Source: Candidatus Sulfomarinibacteraceae bacterium (lineage in GTDB: Bacteria > Acidobacteriota > Thermoanaerobaculia > Thermoanaerobaculales > Sulfomarinibacteraceae). Taken from it: a stretch of DNA of 64,000 nt. The translations under genes and the position numbers were made by a program. Shown in pieces: positions 42,414 through 51,988 of the stretch. The DNA lies in contig CAWGLE010000013.1 in the NCBI GenBank assembly GCA_963823345.1, positions 542,517-606,516 of the forward strand. Direction: 5' to 3'. Each line of letters starts with the position of its first letter. The first letter of the stretch is position 1. The notes beneath the pieces are model-generated. The model had not been told where the DNA came from. It saw only the letters and a program-made list of their open reading frames with translations, and did no database searches.

Positions 42414-43961
42414 TCACTTTCGCCCGACGGTGAGACGGATCACGTCGCCGCGCACGCTGTGGTCGAGCAGAACCACGTCATCGCCGGCGAGGTCGAGCAC
42501 GACATAAAGCGCGGGCGGGTTGTCTTCGGGGTGATATCCGATGCGCACCTGCAGGACCTCGGGAGACCCGACTGCGATCTCGTTGGGTTTGTAGAACGTC
42601 TCGATGTTCTTGACTCCGACCCAGAGGCGCACGGGATCCTCGAGCCTCAGGACGCGCATCGACGAATCATCGAAGATCCCATTGCCGCGGATGACGACTG
42701 CCGTCGTACCCGACTGCGCGGTCGCCGTCACGTCGACCACCCGCGACGCCCGCGTCTGGGCCGCAGCCGGCTCGCGTGTATCCGGGGGGCTTTCGGTCAC
42801 GAAGACCCTGGTCGGCGAGGTCTCGGGCACGTCGCCGGGAGCGCCGCCGGTGGATTCCGGGAGCCCCTCTTCTGCCGGCGGCTCCGGCTGTGTTCCGGAG
42901 TTCCTGTCGGCGACCCTCGCCGCGGTCTCGGCTGCCAACCTGGCGACGGTTTCAGCGGGTGTCTCGGAGGCGGTTTCCGAAACGGGCGCGGGCTCTTCCA
43001 TCACTTCGTCGTCCTCGATCAGGGCGACGCCGGCCTCGGCGACCTCCTCGACCACCACAGGCGATTCGACAATTTCCTCGCCGTCGTTTCGCAACCAGAA
43101 GGACCACACGAGGACGACCACGGCGACCAAAGCGAGGGCCGCCGTCACGATCAGCCCGAGACGGAGATCGCGCGGGGGTTTCTCCTCCGGCCGGGGCTTC
43201 AAGGCCATCTGCCGGAACGATCCCTCTTCGGGTCGGTGCGGCGTGGTGTCTTTTTCGCCGTTGTCGAAGATCATGTCGACATCGAACTCGTTGGCGAGGG
43301 GTTCGGGAGGGAAGCTGAATTTGTCCGGGCTGCGCGGCGCGACCGCGGGGCGAGGCGGAGTTTTTCGGAAGTCGAGGCTGTCCTGGCCGGTCGAAGGACC
43401 CGACAACCACTCCGGCAGGGCTCCGTCGTCAGAGGAAAGCGCCGGCGGGGGCTCGGGATCGGGGGGCATCGGGAGGTCGCGCGGCATCGGTGGGAGGCTG
43501 TCGATGATGGACGGCGCCGGTCCGGCGATGCCGCCCAACGAGTCGGTCGGGATCTCGCCCGCCCGGCTCCCGCGAATGCCGACATCGAAGGGGTCCCCGC
43601 CGGTCGCGATGTGAAAATCGACCAACTCGTCGATCACCGCCCTGCTCTGCTTGCCGACCTCTGCGAATCGCAGGGCCATTCCCGGCACCAGGTCCGGGTT
43701 GCCTTCCGGTTCGATGGTCCACGCAACGACCGCGGTTCCGTGTGCGAGAACAAAATCCTCGGGCATGATGAACTTGAACTCGACGGACGTGCCTCGCGGC
43801 AGCGGCCGGTCGGAACGGGCAAAGAACCCGTCGTAGTTCAAATAGGGCGCCATCTCTTCGCGAAACCGGCGCAGGGTCGCGAATTCCAGTTCGACACACG
43901 GCAGACCGTCGGGCCCGCCCGGTCCATCCTCCGCACCATCGAAACCGAATTCTCCTGTCAT
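42414..43961 (-). CDS. degenerate PilZ-like domain - Pro-rich linker - TM helix - acidic linker - AMIN-like domain protein
   Basis: GFFARSDRPLPRGTSVEFKF..VVAW..PGMALRF (PilZ-like); TM LGLIVTAALALVAVVVLVWSFW; C-terminal LEDPVRLWV..QVRIGYH..LYVVLDL (AMIN-like). Confidence 0.75.
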   Translation of the reverse strand: MTGEFGFDGAEDGPGGPDGLPCVELEFATLRRFREEMAPYLNYDGFFARSDRPLPRGTSVEFKFIMPEDFVLAHGTAVVAWTIEPEGNPDLVPGMALRFAEVGKQSRAVIDELVDFHIATGGDPFDVGIRGSRAGEIPTDSLGGIAGPAPSIIDSLPPMPRDLPMPPDPEPPPALSSDDGALPEWLSGPSTGQDSLDFRKTPPRPAVAPRSPDKFSFPPEPLANEFDVDMIFDNGEKDTTPHRPEEGSFRQMALKPRPEEKPPRDLRLGLIVTAALALVAVVVLVWSFWLRNDGEEIVESPVVVEEVAEAGVALIEDDEVMEEPAPVSETASETPAETVARLAAETAARVADRNSGTQPEPPAEEGLPESTGGAPGDVPETSPTRVFVTESPPDTREPAAAQTRASRVVDVTATAQSGTTAVVIRGNGIFDDSSMRVLRLEDPVRLWVGVKNIETFYKPNEIAVGSPEVLQVRIGYHPEDNPPALYVVLDLAGDDVVLLDHSVRGDVIRLTVGRK

Positions 43962-44156
43962 TCCATGCCTTTCGCGTGGGGCGCCCGCGAGATCACGTAC
44001 CGACCTGGCGTGGACGTTGACTCAATGATACGGTCCGGCGCCGTCCGCGTCCACAGGTTCGTCGATTCGCCGTCTTCCCGACCCCGTCCGGCCACCCCCT
44101 GTCCGCTTTCGAGACAACTACTGAGCCGTCCCTGCGGTAGTATGGATCCGCTGCCG

Positions 44157-44900
44157 ATGAACGCTCGAGCCGTCACCCTCATCATCGGGTTCACCGTGGC
44201 GCTGCCTCTTCGGGTTGCGGCGGATGACGCCATGCGACCGGTCGAGGTCTATGACGGGCTCGTGACCCTCGACGTGCCGGAGCACTGGAACGAGATCCCG
44301 GCCGACGTGCTGGAGTACTTCAGTCTCAAATCGGCGGAGGAGAGCGGCGGTCTGGTCGTCGAGATCTACCAACACGGGTTCCGGCCCGGCGATCCTGAGG
44401 CGGATTTCGCGCCGCCCCAGATCCTGTTCCAGATCAAGGAGAGCGGCCGGCTGAATTACCGGCAGTTTCTCCACCTGCCCCCGATCGAGGTCGTTCGCGA
44501 CCACGGAGCGGCCCAACTCGACGAGCGCAAGGGCCCGCTGTTGGAGAAGCTCCGCCTCAACGAGGTCGTATTCGACCGGGAGAACTTTTCGATCCACGTC
44601 GCCACCACGCTCGATCTGAAATTCGAGGGCAAGGTCCTGGTGACGTCGGTCTCGTTCCTGACCGAACGCGGCGTGCTGACGGTCCATTGTTACGCGCTGA
44701 TCTCGCAACATGTGGCCATGCAACCGGTGTTCGACCGCATCCTCGCAAGCGTCCGGATCGACGACTCGATCCGTTATCGCCCGCGCCTCGGCGACCGGAT
44801 GCCGCCGCGACCGGCCCTCATCGCGTACGCCATCGCGTTCGTGCTGGCGGTCATCGTCTTCGTGGTCCATCTCCTCCAGCGCCGGCGCCGCACAGCGTGA
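44157..44900 (+). CDS. hypothetical exported protein with C-terminal membrane anchor
   Basis: Signal-like N-terminus, C-terminal TM (ALIAYAIAFVLAVIVFVVHLL-QRRRR). Stop overlaps the helicase GTG. Alternative ATG at 44142. Confidence 0.7.
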   Translation: MNARAVTLIIGFTVALPLRVAADDAMRPVEVYDGLVTLDVPEHWNEIPADVLEYFSLKSAEESGGLVVEIYQHGFRPGDPEADFAPPQILFQIKESGRLNYRQFLHLPPIEVVRDHGAAQLDERKGPLLEKLRLNEVVFDRENFSIHVATTLDLKFEGKVLVTSVSFLTERGVLTVHCYALISQHVAMQPVFDRILASVRIDDSIRYRPRLGDRMPPRPALIAYAIAFVLAVIVFVVHLLQRRRRTA

Positions 44901-47305
44901 CGGTCGTCTTCGATCTCGCCCGCCGGTCGATCCGCGCCGGGGTCGGTGATCTCGTTGCCGACCCGGCCCAACGATCCATCGGTCTGTCCGGGAGCGGTCT
45001 CTCCCGCCTGTGGATCGGTTCCGAGCTGCACCGTCGCCTGCAAGCCGACCTCGAGGCCACCGAACCCGGGTTCCAGAGCGAGGTTCCGACCGTTCTGGAG
45101 CTTGAAATCGACGGTTGGACCGTCGAGATCTCGGGTCGGGCCGACGGCGTCGTGTACGAGAACGGCCGTGCGGTGAGGGTCGACGAGATCAAGAGCCTCC
45201 ACTTCGCCGTCGACCTCCACAACCTGTACGCTGAGGAACGCCTCGAGAAGTTCAAGCGCCAGGTTGCCCTGTACGCCCTGATGATCTCGGAGCCGGAGCA
45301 TCCGGCGGTCGCGCGGCTCATCCTGGTCGACATCGTGACCCAGGAGGAGCAGGCCGAAGACGTTCCGTGGTCCCCGGACTCGGTCCGCGCCTGGCTGCGC
45401 CAGCAGATCCACCGTCTGATCGCGAGCGAGCAGCGGCGAAACGCCCGCCTCGAACAACTCAAACAGGCGGCGGAGCGCATCCCGTTCCCGCACGCGGAAC
45501 CGCGGCCGGTCCAGCGTGAGATCGGGGACATGGTGGCCGAATCCCTGGGTGAAGACCGCCACCTCCTGCTGCGCGCCCCGACCGGCTGCGGCAAGACAGC
45601 GGCGGTCCTCCACCCCGCCGTCCGCTCCGCCCTCGGGCGCGGGCACCGGGTTTTCTTCCTCACCGCCAAGACCCTCCAACAACGGATCGCGGTGGACACC
45701 GCCAGGGCGATGCAGGCAGGGATCTTCCGCAGCCTGCAGCTGCGCGCGAAATCCAAGATGTGCGCCAACACCGAGATCATCTGCCACGAGGAGTTCTGCC
45801 CCTACGCGCGGGAGTACGGGATCAAACTGGTGCGGAGCGGCCTCCTCCGAAACCTCCTCGATGCCGATGACCACCAGGACCCGGACCGCGTTTTCGAAAG
45901 CGCCAAGGAACACACGGTGTGTCCCTTCGAGGTCAGCCTCGACCTTCTCCCGGACGTCGACCTCGTGGTCTGCGACTACAACTACGTCTTCGACCCCACC
46001 ATCGGCCTCGGTGCCCTGGCCGGCGGAGACGCCCTGCGCGATGCGGTGCTGGTGATCGACGAGGCCCACAATCTCGTGGACCGCAGCCGCGAGTACTACT
46101 CGCCGCAGATCTCGTGCGCGACCCTCGATCGCGCCCGCCGATTCCTCGAGGGCCGCTCGAATCCGGTCTTCGACGAGCTCGGAGATCTCATCGACGAGCT
46201 GACCCGAGAGGTCACTGGGCGGGTTGCCGCCAGCCTCGGCGACGAAGGACCCGACGAAGGTCCGGCCGATCTGCGGCCCGACGCGATTTCCGACCTCAGG
46301 ATCGCCTTCGACGGCGCCATGCTCAGCTACTTTCTCTACAAACGCGAGCACGAGCTGTGGATCGCCGACGACCCCGTCCTCGAGGCCTTTCTCGAACTGA
46401 CGCGTTTCCACCGTGTGCTGTCGTTGGGTGGGGATGAGTTCGTCCACATCGCCCAGCGCAACGGTCCCGGAGGGGCCGCCCTGAAGATCTTCTGCCGCGA
46501 CGCATCGCGGTTCGTCGGAGAGGTGCTCGAGGGCAGCGCGTCCGCGATCGCCATGTCGGCGACCCTGGAGCCGTTCGAGTTCTATCGCGACCTGTTGGGC
46601 TTCGACGCCCACCGCACCGACGAACTCTATGTGCCCTCGCCGTTCCCCCCCGAAAACCGCCTGGTCATCGCGATCACCGATGTCGACACCACCTACCGCC
46701 ATCGCGCGGCCCACTACGACCGCATCGCATCGTGGATCTCCCGATTGTCCCACCCCGCCGGCAACGTCCTCACCCTGTTCCCGAGCTATGCCTTCCTCGA
46801 AGCGGTCCACGACCGCCTGCCGCCGATGACGCACTCACTCATCGTGCAACGACCGGGGGTCGGCGATGCCGAGCAGCGCGCGATCCTCGCCGCCCTCGGC
46901 AACGGCAATCCGCACCTCCTGCTGGCGGTCCTCGGCGGCATCTTCGCCGAAGGGGTGGACTACCCGGGCGACATGCTGTCGCAGGTTATCGTGGTGTCAC
47001 CGGGGCTGCCGCAGTACAACCTCGAACGGGAGTTGCTCAAGGGCTACTACGACGAGTTCTACGAACACGGTTTCGCTTACGCCTATCTGATCCCCGGTCT
47101 GACCCGGGTCGTGCAGGCGGCGGGGCGCCTGCTGCGTTCGGAAACCGACCGCGGCGTGATCGTCGTCATGGGCCGGCGCTTTCTCGATCCCCGTTATGCC
47201 CGCCTCCTCCCCGAAGAGTGGACGCACGGCGACCCCACCAACCTGATCCACGAAGACCCCGAAGCCGCGGTCCGCGAATTCTTCGCCGACAGCGGCAATT
47301 CTTAA
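44897..47305 (+). CDS. DinG/Rad3 (XPD-like) Fe-S helicase with N-terminal PD-(D/E)XK nuclease-like domain
   Basis: GRADGV..DEIKS..QVALY. Walker A APTGCGKT. Cys cluster KMC..IC..FCPY..CPFE. CDYNY, IDEAHN, SATL, FPSY, EGVDY, QAAGRLLR. Confidence 0.9.
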   Translation: MTVVFDLARRSIRAGVGDLVADPAQRSIGLSGSGLSRLWIGSELHRRLQADLEATEPGFQSEVPTVLELEIDGWTVEISGRADGVVYENGRAVRVDEIKSLHFAVDLHNLYAEERLEKFKRQVALYALMISEPEHPAVARLILVDIVTQEEQAEDVPWSPDSVRAWLRQQIHRLIASEQRRNARLEQLKQAAERIPFPHAEPRPVQREIGDMVAESLGEDRHLLLRAPTGCGKTAAVLHPAVRSALGRGHRVFFLTAKTLQQRIAVDTARAMQAGIFRSLQLRAKSKMCANTEIICHEEFCPYAREYGIKLVRSGLLRNLLDADDHQDPDRVFESAKEHTVCPFEVSLDLLPDVDLVVCDYNYVFDPTIGLGALAGGDALRDAVLVIDEAHNLVDRSREYYSPQISCATLDRARRFLEGRSNPVFDELGDLIDELTREVTGRVAASLGDEGPDEGPADLRPDAISDLRIAFDGAMLSYFLYKREHELWIADDPVLEAFLELTRFHRVLSLGGDEFVHIAQRNGPGGAALKIFCRDASRFVGEVLEGSASAIAMSATLEPFEFYRDLLGFDAHRTDELYVPSPFPPENRLVIAITDVDTTYRHRAAHYDRIASWISRLSHPAGNVLTLFPSYAFLEAVHDRLPPMTHSLIVQRPGVGDAEQRAILAALGNGNPHLLLAVLGGIFAEGVDYPGDMLSQVIVVSPGLPQYNLERELLKGYYDEFYEHGFAYAYLIPGLTRVVQAAGRLLRSETDRGVIVVMGRRFLDPRYARLLPEEWTHGDPTNLIHEDPEAAVREFFADSGNS

Positions 47306-47428
47306 TTTTGAGTTTTCAGTTCTGAGTGTTCAGTGTCGACTGTCGAACTCTCGGTGTCGACGTACGGCGTAGCATTCAGGGAGCCCCGAAGTTCACCAAC
47401 TAAAAACTCATAACTCAAAACTCAAAAC
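47305..47428. repeat. inverted degenerate heptamer arrays between convergent stop codons
   Basis: ATTTTGAGTTTTCAGTTCTGAGTGTTCAGT ... AACTAAAAACTCATAACTCAAAACTCAAAAC; the arms abut TAA 47305 and TAG 47428. Confidence 0.85.
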
Positions 47429-48808
47429 TATTTCGCCATCGCCGCTTCGATGTCGGCGACGGTTTTCGGGATCATCGGGCCGAGGACCCGGCTGCCGCTG
47501 TCGGTGATCAACACGTCGTCCTCGATGCGGATGCCGCCGAACGACCGGTACTCCTCGACGCGGTCGTAGCAAATGAACTCACTGTGGAGGTCATCTGCTC
47601 GCCAGCGGTCAATCAGCGCCGGAATGAAATAGATGCCGGGCTCGATGGTGATGACGAAGCCTTCCTCGAGCGGACGCGCGAGCCGCAGGTACGCGAGTCC
47701 GAACTGGGTCGACCTTTCCTCCCCCTGCTCGTAGCCGACGACGTCGCCGAGGTCCTCCATGTCGTGAACATCGAGGCCCATCATGTGGCCGAGACCGTGG
47801 ACAAAGAACATCGCGTGCGCTCCGGCCTCCACTGCGGCGTCGACATCGCCCCGCATGAGACCGACGTCCTTGAGGCCCGATGCAATGGTGCGCGCAGCCA
47901 GTAGATGGAGCTCCCGATTCGTGACACCGGGCGCCGCCGCCGCAATGGCGGCCTGATTGGCGGCGAGGGCGACCTCGTAGATGTCCCGTTGGCGGCTCGA
48001 AAACCTTCCGGAGACCGGAAAGGTGCGGGTGATGTCCGAGGCGTAACCGCTCGGCGCCTCGGCGCCGCTGTCCACCAGCAGCAGGTCTCCCTCGGACAGG
48101 GTGTTGTCCCAGGTGACGTTGTGGAGGACCTCACCGCGCACGGTGACGATGGGACTGAAGGCCTGTCCGCAGCCCGCGCTGGTCGCCTCGGCGATGTGGA
48201 CCGCAGCGATCTCCGCCTCGGAGCGGCCCGCCGCGGTCGCGCGCAGGGTGGCGCCGTACATGCCGGCCGTCACCGCCAATGCGTCCTCGATCTCGTCGAT
48301 CTCGCACTCCTCTTTGACGGAACGCTGGGCGACGACGGCGCGCACGAGTGCGACCGAGGTCTGCGCCCCGACTTCTCCGCGGATCGACCCCAAAGAGCCT
48401 CGCCAGCGCGAAGCGGCGCTGCGACCGATACGGCGGCAGGTAGTGGACGTCGACACCGGCGCCGCGCAACTCCGAGATTCTGCCCGCGAGCCCGCCGAAA
48501 TCGGCGTGGTCGGCCGCGGCTGCGGCGTCGGCGTGTTCGGCCAGCGACGGGTGCGGGCCGTGCCAGATCACGTCATCCCGGTCTCCCGGTGGGCCGAACA
48601 CCACCGCCCTGCCGTCTGGTTCGATCAACAGCGCGAGTCCGGGTCGGCTGACACCGCCGTAGTAGAGGAAGTGGGAGTCCTGGCGGAACGGATAGACGTT
48701 GTCCACGTAGTTTCGCGGCGCTTCCTCGTTGCCCATGATCAAGATCGCGCCGTCGGGGACCGCCGCCCTCAGAACCTCTCGCCGCGCCGCATACGTGCTC
48801 GGGTCCAT
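47428..48808 (-). CDS. pepP: Xaa-Pro aminopeptidase (M24B); apparent frameshift ~48380
   Basis: N-domain YPFRQDSHFLY. Catalytic LVDSGAE..YASDITRT, HGLGHMMGLDVHD, ITIEPGIYF, GIRIEDD. RBS AAGGAGGA. Confidence 0.9.
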
Positions 48809-48944
48809 TCGCTCCTCCTTGAGTGGTCTCATTATGCCTCAATCGTTCGGTCCAGGGTGCAGGTCGCAGGATGCAGGATTCATCGCACGCAGTCCCTGTC
48901 TCTCCAAGAACGGACTCGACACATCCTCCATCCAGCATCACTCG

Positions 48945-49356
48945 TGTCCAAGACGGCATCGTAGACTGCTCGAAATCACATTCAGGCTTCACCCCGACCG
49001 CGGCGGGTCTGAAGGTGGGCCAAGGCCCACCCTACTTCGGACCCAGGTTTCGAGCGGGTTCGTAGAATGGGCCTTGGCCCACCCTACTTCGGACCCAGGT
49101 TTCGAGCGGGTTCGTAGAATGGGCCTTGGCCCACCCTACTTCGGACCCGGGTTTCGAGCGGGTTCGTAGGGTGGGCCTTGGCCCACCTTCAGAGATGATT
49201 CCAGCATCACGGTTCACCCGTGTCTCAGTACGAGACCTGGACAGCCGTTTTCTGTCGTTGAGGACCTCGTTCTGAAAATGGCATTGACCGATCCTCGCCT
49301 CCAGTGTCTTCAGTGTGGCACGGTCAGATGGGGATCAGTCTTGGACAGCACTGATC
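48945..49356. mobile_element. non-autonomous REP-containing element, copy 2 (412 bp) with a 52-bp unit in three tandem copies
   Basis: Inverted homolog of 9589-9896. Units start at 49024, 49076 and 49128. 10-bp perfect inverted repeat TGTCCAAGAC / GTCTTGGACA. Flanked by CAGGATGCAGG / CCTGCATCCTG tracts. Confidence 0.88.
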
Positions 49357-49426
49357 CTGCATCCTGCGCTGCGCCCTGCATCCGAGCGCGCGGAATGGCC
49401 CCACGCCGCCCCCTGTTTTCCAGTCC

Positions 49427-51607
49427 ATGAAGCCACGTCACATCGTCCTGGCGGCCGCCGCCATGATCGGAGCCTGCATGAACCACGCCGCCGAGAGCGA
49501 CGCTCCCGCGAAGAAAAACCGGCTCGCTGACACCAAGAGCCCCTACTTGCTGCAGCACGCCGACAACCCCGTCGACTGGTACCCGTGGGGCACTGAGGCG
49601 TTCACCCGGGCCGCCAAGGAAGACAAACCGATCTTCCTCTCGATCGGCTACGCCACCTGTCACTGGTGCCACGTGATGGAGCACGAGAGCTTCGAGGACC
49701 CACAGGTCGCAGCATTGATGAATGAGACCTTCGTCAACATCAAGGTCGATCGCGAGGAACGCCCGGACATCGACCAGGTCTACATGACGGTCTGCCAGAT
49801 GATGACCGGCGGCGGCGGGTGGCCGTTGACCATCATTATGACTCCCGACAAGGAGCCGTTCTACGCGGGAACCTACATCCCCCGCGAGAGCCGCTACGGC
49901 CGCGTCGGGATGCTCGACCTGATACCCAGGATCGAACAGGTCTGGCAATCCGACCGCGACAAGGTCCTCGGCACCACCCAACAGATCGCTGCCGCTCTAC
50001 AGGGGATGGAAAGCCGTCAGGCACAGGGTGGAACCCTCGATCCACAAGCCGTCGACGAGGCGTTCCGGCAGCTCGGGGGACGCTACGACAAGGTCAACGG
50101 CGGCTTCGGCTCCGCGCCGAAATTCCCATCTCCCCACAACCTCGTTTTTCTCACCCGTTACTGGCGTGCGACCGGCAACCGGTTGGCCCTCGACATGGCG
50201 GCCCACACCCTCGAGGAGATGCGCCTCGGCGGTATCTACGACCAGGTGGGATTCGGTTTCCACCGCTACTCGACCGACGCCGGGTGGCTGGTGCCGCATT
50301 TCGAGAAGATGCTCTACGACCAGGCCATGCTGACGATGGCCTTCACCGAGGCCTGGCAGGCCACCGGCTACCCGGTATTCGAACGCACCGTGCGCGAAAT
50401 CGTGACCTATGTCCTGCGCGACATGACCTCGCCCGAGGGCGCCTTCTATTCGGCCGAGGACGCCGACAGCGAGGGCGAGGAGGGGCTCTTCTACCTGTGG
50501 ACCCTCCCCGAGGTCGAGGCCGTGTTGGGCGCGGACGACGCCGCCTTCGCCGCCTCGGTGTGGAAGCTCTCCGCGGACGGCAACTACGCGGACGAGGCCA
50601 GCGGTCGGCGGACCGGCGCCAATATTCCCCACCTCGACATGAGCCACGCCGAGCGCGCGAAGGCTCTGGGTATCGAGCAGGACGCCTTCGACAAGCGTCT
50701 GGAGAGCTGCCGCAGCCGCCTGTTCAACGCCCGGGAAAAACGGGTCCACCCACTCAAGGATGACAAGGTGCTGGCCGACTGGAACGGTCTGATGGCCGCC
50801 GCGATGGCCGCCGCCGGGCGGGTGTTCGACGAACCCGAGTGGATCGCGGCAGCACAGCGGGCGACGTCGTTCGTGCTCGACGAGATGCGGGACGGCGACG
50901 GGCGGATGGTGCACAGATACCGTGACGGCGACGCCGCGATCCCGGCCTTTCTCGACGACTACGTCTTCATGACAACCGCCATGCTCGAGCTCTTCGCGGC
51001 GACCTTCGACGCCCGTTACCTGGCCGCAGCGATCGAGCTGCAAGGGCAGACGGACACCCTCTTCGAGGACGACGGACGCGGCGGCTATTACTTTTCGGCT
51101 GCCGACAACGAGACGCTGCTGGTGCGGCAGAAGGAGATCTACGACGGGGCGATTCCCTCCGGCAACTCGACCGCCGCCGCCAACCTCGTCCGGCTGGCGC
51201 GTCTCACCGGCGACAGCGCCTTCGATAAGGCAGCCGACCGGGTGATCGCCGCCTTTGCCACCGAGGTCTCGGGCCAGCCCTCGGCCCACACCCAGCTGGT
51301 CTCCGCGCTGCAGCTGCGCGCCGGGACGTCGCTCGAGATCGTCATCGTCGGCGACCCGGCCGGCGCCGACACCCGGTCTCTCATCGAAACCGCGCGCCAA
51401 CCCTACCTGCCCACCGCCGCCGTCCTGCTCGTGCCGACGGGTGCAGCCGGAGATGCGATCCGCGACCTGGTGCCCTTCACCGCCGCCTACGAGATGGTCG
51501 ACGGCCGGGCCGCGGCCTACGTCTGCCGCAACTTCCGGTGCGAGCTGCCGACCACGGATCCCGCGAAACTGGCCGAGATGCTCGAGGAGGCGTCGAAGAC
51601 GATGTAG
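49427..51607 (+). CDS. YyaL/SSP411-type thioredoxin-domain protein (DUF255), probable lipoprotein
   Basis: Motifs [59 protein letters not shown]. Lipobox-like MIGA-C. Confidence 0.92.
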   Translation: MKPRHIVLAAAAMIGACMNHAAESDAPAKKNRLADTKSPYLLQHADNPVDWYPWGTEAFTRAAKEDKPIFLSIGYATCHWCHVMEHESFEDPQVAALMNETFVNIKVDREERPDIDQVYMTVCQMMTGGGGWPLTIIMTPDKEPFYAGTYIPRESRYGRVGMLDLIPRIEQVWQSDRDKVLGTTQQIAAALQGMESRQAQGGTLDPQAVDEAFRQLGGRYDKVNGGFGSAPKFPSPHNLVFLTRYWRATGNRLALDMAAHTLEEMRLGGIYDQVGFGFHRYSTDAGWLVPHFEKMLYDQAMLTMAFTEAWQATGYPVFERTVREIVTYVLRDMTSPEGAFYSAEDADSEGEEGLFYLWTLPEVEAVLGADDAAFAASVWKLSADGNYADEASGRRTGANIPHLDMSHAERAKALGIEQDAFDKRLESCRSRLFNAREKRVHPLKDDKVLADWNGLMAAAMAAAGRVFDEPEWIAAAQRATSFVLDEMRDGDGRMVHRYRDGDAAIPAFLDDYVFMTTAMLELFAATFDARYLAAAIELQGQTDTLFEDDGRGGYYFSAADNETLLVRQKEIYDGAIPSGNSTAAANLVRLARLTGDSAFDKAADRVIAAFATEVSGQPSAHTQLVSALQLRAGTSLEIVIVGDPAGADTRSLIETARQPYLPTAAVLLVPTGAAGDAIRDLVPFTAAYEMVDGRAAAYVCRNFRCELPTTDPAKLAEMLEEASKTM

Positions 51608-51626
51608 TCCATGCATCTGAACGGGT

Positions 51627-51679
51627 TTGTGGTGCGGGCGTCCCGCCCGCACCGTGCGGCCGGGACGGCCGCGCCACAA
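51627..51679. repeat. double-hairpin REP element
   Basis: TTGTGG-TGCGGGCG-TCC-CGCCCGCA-CCGT-GCGGCCG-GGA-CGGCCGC-GCCACAA. Confidence 0.7.
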
Positions 51680-51874
51680 TGCCCCGGTTCAGCATGCCGC
51701 CGTAACCCGTCTTTCCTGACGCTCTTCCCGGGAGGAGCCACTCTATGCATTGTCTCCCGGCGGCATCATGCCACAGGCGAGATCGGGGGTCAGACAATGC
51801 AAAGAATGGCACCTCCGCCGCACGCGCTCTCACCCACCCTGAGCACATAGACGTTTCCGATCGGTGTAGCGAGG

Positions 51875-51961
51875 TTCGAAAATCCGAAATTCGAAATCCG
51901 AAATTCGAAATCGATGAACCTCCTGGCCAGGCATCCCGAATTCCTAATTCCTCATTCCTAT
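51875..51961. repeat. heptamer arrays (CCGAAAT/TCGAAAT)n and (ATTCCT.)n
   Basis: TTCGAAAATCCGAAATTCGAAATCCGAAATTCGAAAT and ATTCCTAATTCCTCATTCCT, upstream of GH2. Confidence 0.8.
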
Positions 51962-51988
51962 TTCTGCGTTCGGTTACTATGTCCCCCG

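Noticed and set aside
44897-47305. Type IV CRISPR CasDinG or Cas4
   Set aside because: No csf/cas genes or array nearby; the architecture matches stand-alone nuclease-DinG helicases.
49024-49179. Three 52-bp tandem units as a CRISPR array
   Set aside because: The units are near-identical throughout, so there are no unique spacers. They are REP hairpins and no cas operon is present.
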